From positions 1,140,001 through 1,172,000 of the forward strand of contig NC_022093.1 of the NCBI RefSeq assembly GCF_000446015.1: DNA of 32,000 nt, given 5' to 3'. The position numbers were made by a program, and so were the translations under genes. Positions 31,778 through 32,000 of the stretch are shown piece by piece. Origin of the DNA: Thermofilum adornatum. GTDB taxonomy: Archaea > Thermoproteota > Thermoprotei > Thermofilales > Thermofilaceae. The notes under the pieces are model-generated. The model saw only the letters and a list, made by a program, of their open reading frames with translations, did not search any database and was not told the origin of the DNA. Positions within the stretch are counted from its first letter, which is position 1. Each line of letters begins with the position of its first letter.

Positions 31778-32000
31778 ATGGAGGAACAATTAATCCAGTA
31801 CTCATTTTACGGAGTATTTGCAGTACTACTCACAGGTTTTGCACCTCGGAAAGTATCCCGCTATCTTTCAACACTACTATCCATAGGTACTTTACTTGTA
31901 GTGTCTATCATCAGTATCGAAGCAAAGGGGATAGCTGGCATCGTAGGACTCGTCTCATCAACTATCGGGATAGCAAGCATACTTTCCGCCCATGAGCTTG
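31778..32000 (+). CDS. Further hydrophobic subunit (NuoM/N/MrpD-like?), with the 3' end outside the window
   Basis: ATG 31778 is preceded by GGGGTGAT. The frame is open to base 32000 (MEEQLIQYSFYGVFAVLLTGF...GIAGIVGLVSSTIGIASILSAHEL). It is not in the ORF track because no stop codon is reached. Confidence 0.5.
   Translation, partial: MEEQLIQYSFYGVFAVLLTGFAPRKVSRYLSTLLSIGTLLVVSIISIEAKGIAGIVGLVSSTIGIASILSAHEL

Noticed and set aside
1-32000. CRISPR arrays, rRNA/tRNA genes, IS elements, integrases and terminal inverted repeats
   Set aside because: Reading through the window I saw no regularly spaced direct repeats, no transposase- or integrase-like ORFs and no tRNA-like sequences. A covariance-model or BLAST scan would be needed to exclude them formally.

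Overview
The window is a dense chromosomal segment that looks like a hyperthermophilic crenarchaeon (Desulfurococcales-like). That is inferred from RadA, ribosomal protein S25e, AlaX, a ThiN domain, an Lhr helicase, A/T-rich TATA boxes about 20-30 nt upstream of first-gene start codons (leaderless style), and GGTGA-type Shine-Dalgarno motifs before operon-internal genes. I support about 39 protein genes and one candidate C/D-box sRNA. I found no rRNA, tRNA, CRISPR array, transposase or integrase. Three blocks stand out. (1) 10327-12727 (-): a four-gene, translationally coupled operon encoding a wHTH protein, an orphan 189-aa protein, a second full-length RadA paralog and a Cys-less RecB/Cas4-like nuclease. 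It lies 2.3 kb from canonical radA and matches no described archaeal system that I know; this is my best candidate for an undescribed system. (2) 17960-21615 (+): two paralogous zinc-ribbon/TM-hairpin proteins, an all-helical 173-aa protein and a COG4260/YdjI-type SPFH protein with a P/Q linker and a duplicated zinc ribbon. This is a candidate membrane-stress or remodelling module. (3) 25640-32000+ (+): a group-4 membrane-bound [NiFe]-hydrogenase operon with complex-I-like gene content and two unusual fusions (NuoC-large subunit; 2x[4Fe-4S] ferredoxin-NuoA-like). Other oddities include a thymidylate kinase with an N-terminal zinc ribbon followed by a membrane-anchored single-HKD PLD/Nuc-like protein, and a PurM-like/ThiN fusion. 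All family assignments rest on motif recognition by eye; no database search was run.
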